A DNA stretch of 64,000 nucleotides from Torpedo marmorata. Lineage: Eukaryota. Position numbers and translations under genes: made by a program. Of this stretch, positions 22,635 through 35,502 are shown piece by piece; within the stretch, counting starts at the first letter, position 1, and each line of letters begins with the position of its first letter. The notes under the pieces were generated by a model. The model had not been told where the DNA came from. It did no database searches and saw nothing but the letters and a program-made list of their open reading frames with translations. Where the stretch lies: the NCBI GenBank assembly GCA_977017645.1, contig OZ360238.1:1488001-1552000 (forward strand), written 5' to 3'.

Positions 22635-24341
22635 TATGGAAGGGCATTCAAGGTATCTCCAACCACAAGACTACACCATCTGACTGTGCTGGTGATGCCT
22701 CCCTCCCAGATGCACTGAACAACTTCTACGCGCATTTTGAGGCGAAAAATTATGTGGCAGCGAAGAAGACCACCTCCTCCAAATGATCAGGTGCTGTGTC
22801 TTACAGTGGCCGATGTGAGGAGAGTGTTAGGCAAGGTCAACCCACAGAAAGCTGCTGGTCCGGATAACATTCCCGGCAGAGTGCTCAGGGGATGTGCGGC
22901 TCAGCTGGCAGATATTCTTACCGACATCTTTAACATCTCCCTGAGCAGTTCTGTGGTTCCAACGTGCTTCAAAGCCGCCACCATCGTCCCCGTGCTGAAG
23001 AAGTCATCAGTGTCCTGCCTCAATGAATACCGCACTGTCGCACTCACGTCTACCGTCATGAAGTGCTTCGAGAGGCTCGTCATGGGGCACATCAAGCTCT
23101 TGCTGCCCCTCTCATTGGACCCCCTGCAGTTTGCATATAGATCCAACCGCTCTATGGACGATGCCATCACCACTACCCTCCATCTAGCTCTCACCCACCT
23201 GGAAAATAAGGACACGTATGTTCGAATGCTGTTTATTAACTTCAGTTCGGCATTCAACACGATCATACCTCAGTACCTGATAGGGAAGTTGAGCCGGCTA
23301 GGCCCAAACACCACCCTCTGCAATTGGATTCTTGTCTTCCTGACAGGGAGACCTCAGGCAGTCCAGATCGGAAACAGCACTTCCAAGACCATTACACTAA
23401 GCATGGGGCCCCCCAGGGCTGTGTGCTTAGTCCATTGCTGTTCACTCTGCTGACTCATGACTGTGCAGCAAAACACAGCTTGAACCACATCATCAAGTTC
23501 GCTGACGATACGACCATGGTGGGCCTTATCAGCAAGAACGATAAGTCAGCGTACAGAGATGAGGTGCAGTCGCTAATGGACTGGTGCAGAGCCAACAACC
23601 TGTATCTGAATGTTAATAAAACAAAAGAGATTGTTGTCGACTTCAGGAGGGCCCGGGGAGATCACTCTCTGCTAACCATTGACGGCTCTACCGTTGAGGT
23701 TGTCAAGAGTACCAAGTTTCTTGGAGTGCGCTTGGCGGAGAATCTTACCTGGTCCCTCGACACCAGCTTCATAGCCAAGAAAACCCAGCAGCACCTCTAC
23801 TTCCTGCGAAGGCTGAGGAAAGTTAATCTCCCACCCTCCATCCTCACTACATTCTACAGAGGATGTATTGAGAGTATTCTGAGCAATTGCATCACTGCCT
23901 GGTTTGGAAACTGTACCATCTCAGACCGTAAGACCCTGCAGAGGATAGTGGAGTAAGTGGAGAAGATCATTGGGGTCTCTCTTCCTACCATGACGGACAT
24001 CTACAACACACGATGCATGTGGAAGGCAAATAACATTGTGAAGGACTTCTCACACCCCTCTTGTAAACTTTTCTCCCTTCTGCCATCTGGAAGGAGGTAC
24101 CATAGCATTCGGGCCCACGCGTCCAGATTGTGCAATAGTGTTTCCCCCAAGCCATCAGGCTCCTCAATTCCTAGAACATATGTGTACGAGTATATCATGG
24201 ATTTTTATTGTATTATAACTTAATATTTAACTCCTATTTATGTAAATATGTTCCATGGTCCTGGAGAAACGCTATCTCGTCTTTACTGTGCACTGCATTA
24301 GTAGTTATGGTATGAACAACAAATAAAGGTGACTTGACTTG
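22635..24341 (+). mobile_element. Rex1/Babar LINE, 5'-truncated, inserted into an LTR
   Basis: [45 protein letters not shown]; tail AATAAAGGT(GACTT)n; host LTR sequence resumes at 24342. Confidence 0.9.
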
Positions 24342-24610
24342 AAATCAAGCTGCAAATGCTGCAAGCTTTGGAGATTGACTGTGGGCTGACAGGCTGGGGA
24401 TGATTTTAGAACTGGAGTCTAATTGTACAGGAATATGATTTAAGGACAAGGATAATGTAATTGCTGATTGCCTTTCAAGATGTTAAGTTTGCAACGTTAC
24501 TGAAATGTTATATTTGTCTGTATTATATCATGTAAATGGTGAATGTGTTATTTCAAACATCATAGTTTGCAGTTAAAATTTTGCTCTTACAGCTCTTTGT
24601 TGGTGGGAGG

Positions 24611-25493
24611 TATTACGTGCTCCCAGTTCATTTTCATTTGAGTGGGACTGTCACTTTAAGAGAACAAATCAAGCTGCAAACCCTGCAAACTTTGGAGATT
24701 GACTGTGGGCTGACAGGCTAGGGACAGCGTGTACTCAAATTCACTACTTCTGAAGAGAGAGGTAGTGCCTGGAACACAGGTGCAGAGACCATGTGACCAA
24801 CATATTAAAGAAACAGTCCACTGTTTGATCGGGGGCCATTTTAAGGAAGCAGCACAGGAGCAGGAGCTCTCTGAAGTAATACTGTGCTGAAGTGGCCTCG
24901 TGTGGTAATGGACAATTTGTCTGATTTCTTCCTGTAAGGAGGATGAGTGTGCCCCACCGTGGCCAAAGGAAAAGTCACTTTTGAAGGGGACTTAGTGTAC
25001 CACACCGTGACCAGAAAGGGAAGGTCACATTTCGGCTGACCCACAAAAGGGTTCTAAAAGCTTTGTGAAAATCACTCGCTTTGTTTCCCCTAGAAAAGGA
25101 AAAGGGGAGTTTTGACTACCACTCGTCTGAAAGGACATTTCTCGCGAAGCAACTCAACAAGGATTTTGTGAGTTTACAACAGTCTGTTAACTTGGTCTCT
25201 CCCACCTCATTCGTAAACACTTCTTTGCATCAATTTAAGAGTCTTCGTGTCAACATTGGATTTCTGAGTCTGGACTTTGAACTGACTTTCCAGAATTGGG
25301 CCTGAACTGTAATGGTTTGGGATATTTCACACACATATACGTAAGTATATTTGCGCATAGTTGGGGGTTAAGTTAGATAAGTTTAGATAAGTTAGATAAG
25401 GTGTTATATTATTGGTAATTAATAATAAGAATATTATTTTAAATATAACACAGTCTTGGCTAATTTCTATTGGCTGCTGTCTGAGTACATAAC
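24611..25493 (+). repeat. Complete internal LTR of the tandem element
   Basis: TATTAC...ATAACA, preceded by purine-rich GGTGGGAGG and followed by the PBS. Confidence 0.8.
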
Positions 25494-25497
25494 AAAA

Positions 25498-25516
25498 TTG
25501 AGGGCTCGTCTGGGAT
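25498..25516 (+). promoter_or_regulatory. Primer binding site, tRNA-Pro-like
   Basis: TGAGGGCTCGTCTGGGAT matches the known tRNA-Pro PBS TGGGGGCTCGTCCGGGAT at 16 of 18 positions. Confidence 0.75.
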
Positions 25517-25617
25517 CACACCAAATTGGGAGCTTAGTGATCGAATAATTTTCAATTTGATTGATTAGAGTTTTTTTTGAGCCAATTAAAAGGCTTGTGT
25601 CTGGAACGACAGCAGCG

Positions 25618-25932
25618 ATGGACATTGAGAAGTTTGTGGGATCGCCCATCCTTGCAGAATTGCAGGGGGCGAAAAAGAGTGAGTTGTTGACTATCGCACA
25701 AAAGTTGGAACTGGCGGTGGTTAGACAATCGATGAAAAAGGCAGAGATCCAGAAAGTTATAGGTGACTATTATGTAATAAAGGGGAAGCTTGGAGAGGAG
25801 GAGGTGAAACAATTTCTCCAGAGTGAATCCCGTGAGCAGAGGTCACCAGCAGAACAAATTGAGTTGGAAAAACTTAGATTGGAGTTTGAGACAGAAAAAC
25901 TTAGAATGGAGGAAGCCGAGAGACAAAGGCGG
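25618..25932 (+). pseudogene. gag: gag N-terminus of Gmr1-like element, truncated by an LTR insertion
   Basis: MDIEKFVGSP...KKSELLTIAQKLEL...ELEKLRLEFE coiled coil just after the PBS. Confidence 0.7.
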
Positions 25933-26658
25933 TGTTACAAATTCAAACCAGCAACGACAGAAGACGCAATGCAAAAGGGGCAAAATTGAAATTTGTATTT
26001 ATTAAAGACAATTAAACATATAATGTGACAACAATTAACCCCACTATAAACGTCTATAAACACTATTCTTATCTAAAGAGTGTGTGTGTGTGTAAAGCCC
26101 AGACCATTACAGTATGTGCCCAACCCTCAAGAAAAAAAAATAGAAAACCTTCCCCAAAACCCCAGGTCAGTCATAAAAATAAGTCAGTCCCAAAAATACA
26201 GTCCACAAAAATCACTCTCTATGTTCAGGGTCCAAATTCAGCTCTGGCTGGCACGAAGGACTTCTTAATGAACATTGGAGAGAGAGAAATGACTGTTTAA
26301 GCTTACGAATGCTTGGCCTGCTTTTCTTCTCTGATGACTTTCCCTTTTGGTAGATACATGAGGATTGCGACTCCAAATCAGTATACCACTGATTGAGGCG
26401 TGTACTTGGATATCACAGCCGGTCTCGCTGATCTCACGCCGGTTCTTCACAAAAGTTGTTTTAACTCAGAATTTTGCTGATACAGGAGGCCATGTGCTAT
26501 TCTCCCAGCCTTTTCCCCTGGGATGCACAAGCCTGGATTTTTCTGTGTTCTCCAGCCTTTGCAACTCCAAACACAACTGAATCTCAATGCTTTTTGCAGA
26601 GGTTTGCACCTGCTTTTGCAAAAGTGCAACAAAGTATCTTTCCACAGCCTGTCTCTCT
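25933..26658 (-). mobile_element. LTR family Y, truncated copy
   Basis: Near-identical to 61807-62530; starts TGTTACAAATTCAAACC on the plus strand. Confidence 0.85.
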
Positions 26659-28754
26659 AATTTCTATTGCTACTGTCTGAGTACGTAACACCCACTGACT
26701 CACGATCCTACCATTGTACCTGAGCGCAGCTACAATGAGAACAGCACAAGCGTTAGAATTGTAACAGAAACTTCCATTAACCTGAGAGCCAATGTCTGCA
26801 TCAGTCAAGTGGTATCCTGCAGGAATACGCTGGCAGGTTGTGCATTACATTGAGCAGGCAGTGGTAGCAGAAGAAAAGCATGCAAACCTGGACCTGAAGA
26901 ATATAACAAGCAAACTGAAGCACAGCAGAAGTAAGAACAGCAGGGAGAGGGAAGTACCGGCAGAACATTTACCAGCAGAGCAGAAGAGGAAGGCTTTGAC
27001 AGCACAGGTATTAATACACTTACTGATATAGGGACAGCCTGCAAAATTCCTAATCCAGACAATCTCTACATTCCATTCCTTAACACTGACATATTTCACC
27101 ACTAAGCAGCCAAGTGAACCTAGATAACATACTAATTCTACACATCCTACACTGCAGGACCATGAATACTCCTTACAGGTTGGTAAGAAATTATTCCCTG
27201 ACCCGATAATGGCAGTGGCTTGAGACCAATAATCGGTATTTCAGATTGAGCAGTAATTTGCTTAAAGAACTGTAACTTATTCACAAAATACATTTTCCTT
27301 GGATCAGTTCAAATCTGCAAATGTTTAGAATTGGTTGAGGTCTTTATCCCTTCAGACTGTTGTAACTGCCCCATCAGCATTGCTGCAACAGCACCTGAGA
27401 GTAATGTATATAACAACCTCCTGATTAGATTGTCATTAAGTGGGCTGCGAGACTCATTGAAGGGCTAACATTTAAAATCAGTTAAAAAAAATCACTGGTT
27501 CAATGAGATATCCCTAATGACAGTAGTTCATATTGTTATTAGGTGTTTTAAGGTATACAATAGTGTTCAGCTGATGAAGCAATAACAGGAGAAGACATTT
27601 TTTCAGTCAGCAGCTCAAAATAGTTGAAATTGATCAATGTATTGTTAAACTTTCCTCTGTACGACATCATCTCACTAACACTTTTTCACATCCTGTCTCT
27701 CTCTGTCCCCCACATAAAGCAGGAGCGGGGGTGTCCCAGAGAAAGGACAAGGTAGGGACCTCAACATGTGAACTTCCTCAAATGTTTCCATTTCTCTAGG
27801 AAATTCCTGTTAGAAATTGTAAGAACAAACAAGCAGGGAAAAGAACCACTGTAGGTCAGATGTGTGAGAGGCAGAACTACATGGCAGTTGCAGCATCAGT
27901 TCAAATATTTTGCATCTGATTTTGTTATAATTTTTAAGGAAATGTGTGAACACAATTGTGAATATTTACACAACAGACAAAACTTTTAACAGCCATTTTA
28001 GTTGAGACATGGTAGGTTATGCAGCAATGAAAGCAAATAAACAAAATTTAGCTTGGTATCATTAAATATGTTATTGCCACTGAACAGCAAATTGTTTTGG
28101 TAAGCCTGGCAAGAAAAACAGAGTTTTTAGACCAGAAAACCCCTGTGCCATCGAAAATTCATTTCCTATCAAAATAACTATACATCACTACTGAACAGTT
28201 TAACTGTTGACATTACAGTAGTTTATTGATGTGTTCACATTACAGTAGGCATTTCTGTATCTGCTGCTCTTAAATTTAATTTAAATTAATTCAATAAAAC
28301 TCTTTAAAACTCTCATTCAGTGCAAAATAAAAAGCTGGGTGCAAAATAAGAAAAGGAGAAAAGATCAAGGGACAAGGCCGTCTCCAACATTCCTCCACAA
28401 CTCAGTGAATACAGTTCATGGCCCAAGTGTCCACCCTAATGATTATGATGCAACATGTAAATCTGTAGATAGGTTATTAAAGTTAACAGATTCCTTGCGA
28501 ATGAAACAAACACACTTCCCCTTGACTTCTGTGAAAAAGTACCGTCTTCATTATGTCTGAAATTTTCGGCACTCCTTTGTTTTCCGTCTTTTCAGTTCCG
28601 CCGTGTTAAATCAACTGAGATAAACATTTTCATCGATGGTCTAGTCACTTGTTCAAAATGGCAGTGACATCTAGTGTTGAAACTAAGAAGTGTAATGTAC
28701 ATGCAGTGCAATTTGTTGTTAGAGACTATGTTCTAATTTTTATTTTTAAAATTC

Positions 28755-28822
28755 ACCTTGGGCCACTTAAAAATGGGCAACGGGCCGCAGTTGGCCCGGG
28801 GGTCGTAGTTTGGCCACCCCTG
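28755..28822. mobile_element. hAT-type DNA transposon/MITE terminus
   Basis: GGGCCGCAGTTGGCCC...TAGTTTGGCCACCCCTG; reverse complement CAGGGGTGGCCAAAC is a typical hAT TIR. Partner TIR not found. Confidence 0.5.
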
Positions 28823-30527
28823 CTTTAGCGATTCAAGTCAGGATGTGTATTTAATGTTGTTAGTGTACCTGCCTCTACCATGCCTTTCTTTATCTTCAGA
28901 TTCCAACCACCTCTGGGTGGAAAAAAGTCTTCCTCACACCTCTTCCCTTTGCCCTAAATATATGCTTTCTAGTTTTAGACAGCTCTGCAATGGGGAAAAT
29001 TTTCCTATTATCTAATCTATTAATTGCCCTGCATGAGAACATAAGAAAACAAAAGCTGGAGTAAGTCATCTCGTCCCCTCAATCTTAATGTTATTAATAT
29101 CGTCGTGGTTGACTCAATCAACCACAGGCAATGCCCCTGACCACTTCCAGGTGACTTGCAGTGAGAGGTCGAGGAGGAAATTTCAGCAGCAGGCCACCTG
29201 GATATAGTTGCAGTATGTCCCAGAGGAGCAGAGAATGGAAAGGAAAATATGAGCAGTATCTGCAGATGTAAAAGAAAATAATTTTTCACCCACATATGTG
29301 TGCTAGGAATTTGCCTCTGGTTAGTAATACTGAAGCCACTCTGCAGCAGCAAAAATATGTTCAACTCTTCCTTTGAGTTTTGCTATAGAGTACACTGTGG
29401 CTATGATAAAATGCTTGTAGTGCTACTGACCAAGGAATATTTTCTATGCAATGAACTTTAACCATCAACAAAAATGATTACCATATTACTGCTTTCACTT
29501 TTTCATTTTACTTAGAATGGCACTTGATATAATCTTAGTGTTGGTGTTAGGATTACAGTGGAGTGTAAAACTTTAATGCTACATTCATTTGGATATTTAG
29601 GAGGCTGTGTCTCAAGCAGTTCAGTGATTTCACCTGAGTGTCCAAGGTCCATGAAAGTTTTGTCACATGCTACGTCGTACCAACTGCCTGACTCTGTTTA
29701 TGTGAAGCATTCATATAGTTAATCTCGCCCTCGCACATTTAACATAGATGAAAATTTCATACCCACAATTCACATTTCAGTCACACTGACAGGTAATAAA
29801 CATTAATGGACAAATCAGGCTAACACAGTGCATGATCTCCCCTCTTAAGCTGGGCAAGGTGGTGCTGAAATGGAGACAGCAGGAATGACTGTTCTCATAA
29901 GCAGATGATTCAAGGAGTAGGAGGCACAGATTTTAACTTCAGGGTGAAAAATACAAATTGTAAGGAAACCTTTGTGTAGTGTGGTTTGGAGCTAGAACTC
30001 GTGACGTGTTACAGATGGAAACAGTTGGTCAAGGCTTTCAAAGTTAATTTGGACAAGCATGAGGGAGAGTTACTGGGAACGGTGAAGCCAATGAATGACA
30101 AAATTCCTCCGCCGAGCCAGTAACACCTCCATGGGCAGAATGGCCTACTTCTATGCCATAACGCTTCTCTGATTCAATTCTCTGATTTCATGACAGGCAC
30201 ATCTGCCTATCTTAACCCCCATACAGGTGGTGGTATTGGCCTTGATTGGTATGACTGTTGGAGAGGACATTGCTAGTGGCCAGCCAAAACAATTGTTGAT
30301 GAAAGTATCCTTGCATCTAATCCACCTCGCATTTCACTTCCCCAAAATCCATACCTGCTTCCTTTTCACAAGTTGTAGATGCTATAGGAAAGAAAGACTT
30401 GTACATTTTCAGAACATGCCTATGTTCTTTACAATCAATGCACTTCTGTTGACATTGAAGCTGCCAATTTGCACACATCTTACTCCAGGCAGGAAAATGG
30501 CTGCAAAATCTTTTTTTCGTTTCATAA

Positions 30528-30727
30528 GCGCTGGAGGCGAATCTACGGACACTTGGTGACTCTGGGGGGACTCTCTTTTGCTTCTCTTTCTCTGACTGTA
30601 AGGAATGTTCGAGGCGCTTAGGCAGTTTCTGCCGGTGGCGAATCTGTCTGCCTTGCAGCAGGCAAAAAGAAATTTCATGTAATATGACACTGTTTTATTA
30701 CTATGACAATAAATTGAAAATTGAAAT
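30528..30727 (+). mobile_element. Family X retroposon, 3' fragment
   Basis: Matches 12928-13120; tail CAATAAATTGAAAATTGAAA. Confidence 0.9.
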
Positions 30728-31494
30728 TAAATATTTTTTGGAAAAGAAACATGAAGGCATCAGGAATAATTCCCCAATACTTCATTTCAGCAGTGGATTC
30801 ATTACTGTGCTCAGCATGAGACTTATAACCCAAAATCTACAGAGCTGAAGGCAACATTGCTGGCATCTAAGACACAAAGGTAATTTCATTACCTCCTCTC
30901 ACCATTCCTAGTAGCTAGAACTTCACCACAAATTGGACAAAGATTAAGAAGGCAGTGATGAATATCCATCTCTCCCCAATTTCACTTTTACAGCCATCAA
31001 TCCAGATACAGACTGTGCACAAAATGTGAAGAAAAGTGGAGAGGAAGAATTTGAGATTTGCATAATAGGAAAAAATGTATGCTGCAGGCAAGGCAGAAGG
31101 CTGGAATAACCACATTGCAAGCTAAGATTTGCCAGCTTTCAGCAACTGCAGTGGACCAAACTACAAAACAAAACTTGAAGGCATGCACACAATGTTGGAG
31201 AACGTGCCAGAATGCATGAGGACAATGTGATTGAGTGTCGAGCACAGCTTGGCACACAGCATTAGGAGAGCTTAAAAATCCTGGTTTCCAGCTGGATCTG
31301 GTGCCTGACTACGTCAACACATTTGAGGAACCAAGCGCAGTTTCTCATGGCTGGCAGTTCAGTTTCCTCTCCAGTATTGGTAGAAGCAACCTTTTGTTTG
31401 GGTGCTGCCACGTAAGTACAGGCTGCTTCCATCTTACCACTGCAGAGTTCAAAGTAGCTTTTATGGTATAACAGCAATTCAGTAATCTGTCCTT

Positions 31495-32376
31495 CAGAAT
31501 CAGAATCAGAATTTATAGTCATGAACAAGTCATGAAATTCGGTGTTTTGCGGCAGCATCGTAGTGCAAACATTCATATTATTACCATCTTACGACATTAC
31601 TATAAAAAATATATAAATAATAGTGTACAAAAAGTAAGACAGTGTCTTTGGTTCATTGATTATTCAGGAATCTGATGGCAGTGGGGAAGAAGCTGTCCTT
31701 GTGCCGCTGAGTGCTCGTCTTCATGCTCCTGTACTTTTTTTCCCGATGTTAGCAGAGTGAAGAGGGCATGGCCTGGGTGGTGGGGGTCCTTGAGGATCGA
31801 GGCTGCTTTCTTAAGACACCGCCTCGTGTAGATGTCCTCGATGGAGTGAAGTCTGGTGCCTGTGATGTCACAGGCCGAGTTAACAACCCTCTGGAGTTTA
31901 CTCTTGTCCTGAGAGTTGGCGCCTCCATACCAGGCAGTGATGCAAACAGCCAGAATGCTCTCCACGGTACACCTGTAGAAGTTTATGAGAGTCTTCGGTG
32001 ACATACCGAATCTCCTCAGACACCTCACAAAGTATAGCCGCTGGCGAGACGTCTTTGTGATGGCATCAACGTGGAGGCTCCAGGACAGATCCTCGGAGAT
32101 TTTGACACCCAGGAATTTGAAGTTCTTGACCCTCTCCATGACTGAGCCCTTGATGAGGACTGGGTCGTGTTCCCCTGACTTCCTCCTGAAGTCCACAATC
32201 ATCTCCTTGGTTTTGCTGACGTTGAGCTCAAGGTTGTTGTCGTTACACCATTCAACGAGCTGATCTATCTCCCTCCTGTACGCTTCCTCATTGCCGTTTG
32301 TGATTCTGCCGACAACTGTGGTGTCATCGGCAAACTTGTAGGTGGCATTGGAATTGTGCCTGGCCACACAGTCATG
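31495..32376 (-). mobile_element. Rex1/Babar LINE 3' fragment
   Basis: ORF 31660-32367 with KFADDTTVVG and YRCTVESIL; (TTCTGA)n tail at 31495. Confidence 0.9.
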
Positions 32377-32554
32377 GGACTCCTAACATTTCTGGGGAAC
32401 TGCTCTCGGGAAATAGTAAAAGCAGTACGGAGCACAAAACTTTGGTCCTCTCTGAGTGCTAAAACCCATACACCCATTGTTGTCCTGGCTCATGCCAGCC
32501 AGTTTACTGCCGATTATGTCTGCTAAAGGAGCAGCTTTACTGGCGGGAATAGTT

Positions 32555-35095
32555 AGACTGTCAGTGGAAGTACATTTTGGAGATCATGACCAAAACTCTG
32601 AAGTTGTTATTGGAAAGAGATAAAGGATGGACGAGAAATTAAGGTCCTGAATTAGGAGATGATAGATTTCAATATCATAAGACAGGATCTGGCGAAATTG
32701 GACCAAGAACAAATGCTGTAGGTAAGTCTGCATCCACAAGTAGGAGTCATTCAAAAGTGAAATAGTGAATGATTCAATGTGTTTGTGTAAAGGTTAAGCA
32801 TAGGATAGCAAGTCCAATGGACACTGGATATCAAGGGGCATTGAGAGTTGAATTGGAAATGAAACAATGTAGCAGGTATAGAAATTGAAAACTGGGAGAC
32901 CTGTCAAGAGTATAGAAATCTGGGAAAAGGAATGGTGGGGAGAATACCTAAAAACAAAATTAGTAAGATGGAGAAGATTAATGAAACATCACTGACAGAC
33001 CACATTATGGAACAAAGGAGTATATTAAATGCAAAAGGGTAACTGGGGATTAGGGTTTGTTTAGAATCGAAGGAGCAGTCTGTGTGTGGAACAACAGGAT
33101 CAGGCCTTAACTGAATACTTCTCATCTGCATTCACCAGGGAGAGGAATAGTTTGTATAGGAGAATTCATGTGGGGGATGGTGAAATCTAGAATGGTAATA
33201 AGGAGACATTTGGTAAATTAGCAGGTGGATACATCCCAGAGGCCTGACAAGGTGAATCCCTGGTTGCTATGGCAGGCAAGGGAGAAGATTACTGGATACC
33301 AGCAGAGATCTTTAAATCTTCACTGGCCACAACTGAGATCCCAATCTATAACATACATTTATAGTAATTAACATACTATTCTGACACAATTCTGACCATA
33401 ATTCTTCATAAATTACTGTACCTAAGTCTGATTCCCATCTTATCCTGGACTTATTATGACCCAATTTAGGCTCTTGATCTTGTAACAATAAATACATTCT
33501 CAAAATAAATTTATACGTATTTCCTTCTTGAAGTATTTTATCCGCATCTGTCGATGAGGGTAGGACCATATCAGGTCCTAAAGTATTCCTAAGATATGAA
33601 CGTAACTGAAAATAGCAAAAAAAGTTCTATTAGGTAAATTATACCTCTCTCTCAGTCCTTCAAAAGACATAAGAAGTCCATTTTCATAACAGTCTTCTAT
33701 ATATCTAATTCCTTTACTATTCCAAATTTCCATTGCTCTTTTATTAAGAGTCATAGGTATAAGTTCATCCTTTCTTAAGGATGTTTTAGGTGACACTATC
33801 TTTTTAATTCCCATACCTTCATGGGTATCCCCTCAAATCTTAAGCAAATGTTTTAAAATTGGATTATTAGTTCTTTAAGTTATAGTTTTAAAATTCCATT
33901 TATATATAAAATCACTATAAACTTCCTCTTTCAAGGGATACAGACCAAGTTGTATCCAAGATGGTGTATTAACCCCTTCAAAAAAAGATATAATAAATCG
34001 CATCTGCACAGCTAAATAATAGTTTCTAAAGTTAGGTAAACGGAGACCCCCCAGTCTATAATCCCATGTTAATTTTTGTATAGCCCTTCTAGCTATTTTA
34101 TTTCTCCATATAAATCACCCAATAATTTTATCCAAATTTTGAAAAAAAGTTTTTGGTAAAAAAATAGGTAGAGACTGAAATAAATATTGTATTCTTGGTA
34201 GTATATTCATTTTAACACAATTAACCCTATCAATCAAGGTAATAGGTAATGACATCCATCTCATTAAATCTTCTTCAATCTTACTAAGAAGTGGAGAATA
34301 ATTAATCTTATATAAATTTTTAAAATCAGTATCTACCATTATACCAAGGTATTTTATACTCTCTTTAATCCATTTAAATTTAACCAATGGAATGATTTTG
34401 GATTTATCAAAGTTCACCTTGTATCCTGATGTGCTGTAAATTGAGACAATTTGGCATAATCTCTGTGACATCTATCTAAAATTATTGGAGTTACTCTAAT
34501 TTTAGATCCAGAGATATGCCTTTTGGGAAATTTTACTACTATTAAGGACACCTTAACCAGATATCAAATTATATTTTTGGGAATAGCTTTTTGTGTGGTA
34601 AGAAAGTGTATAATGACTACTTGGAAGTCAGATTCCCCATTGTCTATTGATAGATGGACCTCAGAAATAAATAGTTATATTCCATTGGAGAAAATTACGT
34701 ATAACTTTAAAAACAAACAGGTTATTTTTTATAAAATTTGGCAATCTTATTTAGATTATTTGGGGCCAGGGTAAATTAAATCAAAGAAGATTTGCTATTA
34801 ATTTGTTTTGGGTTCCTTCACGCGATAAGCCCTGTTGCCAGGAGTTTTTCTTTCTTTTATATATTTGAAATTCGTAATTATATAAACATTGTCGACCATT
34901 GTTTTGTTTAGTTTTTTTTTTCCTTTGGCGGGGGAGGTTTGGGGTAATTGTTTTTTTTTATTATCTATGTTACTTTTATTGTACTACTATCTAATGTGAT
35001 ATCTGTTTTTGAAGTATTTTGTTTTATTGTTTGTTAAAAATGAAAATAAAATATTTAGTAACAACTGAGATCCCAGATGATTGGAGGAAAGTGAA
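32555..35095 (+). mobile_element. Old CR1 relic interrupted by an L1
   Basis: HFGDHD near 32575; IFKSSLATTEIP|DDWRKVN continuous across the L1 insertion. Confidence 0.6.
33344..35060. mobile_element. 5'-inverted L1 (33344-34470 minus, 34471-35060 plus)
   Basis: 15-bp TSD ACAACTGAGATCCCA at 33329-33343 and 35061-35075; ORF2 pieces on opposite strands. Confidence 0.9.
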
Positions 35096-35502
35096 CATAT
35101 ACCTTATTCAACAAAGTTCATGTTTATTGACACATGTACCAAGGTTTGTTTTGCGAGCAGTCCAACCCATGCATTGTCCAGTGTTCCTTGGACTTGCTGT
35201 CCTACAGCAGTAAAAACACAGTACAGAGTGCAATTACAGAGAGTGATCTGTTAGTACAGAGCAACGGTAACATTATTTTACTGATGAGAGGTTGATTCAG
35301 GAGTCTAATAACAGTGGGTAAAAACTGTCCTTGAACCCAATGGTGCGTGAGGTGGTAGAAGAGAGTGTGACCAGGGTGGGATGAGACTTTTAATATATTG
35401 GCTGCTTTTCTTAGGCAGCGGAAAATGTGGATAGAGTCAGTGGAGGGCGAGGGGTTTCATGTGTTGGTCAGACTTGTGATCACAACTCTTTGCAGTTTTT
35501 GA

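Larger units (their letters stand above)
22579..26690 (+). mobile_element. Tandem, heavily deleted Gmr1-like Gypsy: LTR start / RNase H end / full LTR / PBS / gag start / LTR end
   Basis: CCCAC flanks both ends (22574-22578 and 26691-26695); LTR 5' sequence at 22579 and 24611; LTR 3' sequence ending at 25493 and 26690; DNVIADCLSRC* at ~24450-24486. Confidence 0.8.

Noticed and set aside
26792-27031. Possible host exon (AVVAEEKHANLDL...ALTAQ/GT)
   Set aside because: No pyrimidine-rich acceptor, no recognisable homology and no partner exons.
28660-28680. CTCF-like motif CAGTGACATCTAGTGT
   Set aside because: Imperfect single match next to a hAT relic; not supportable from sequence alone.
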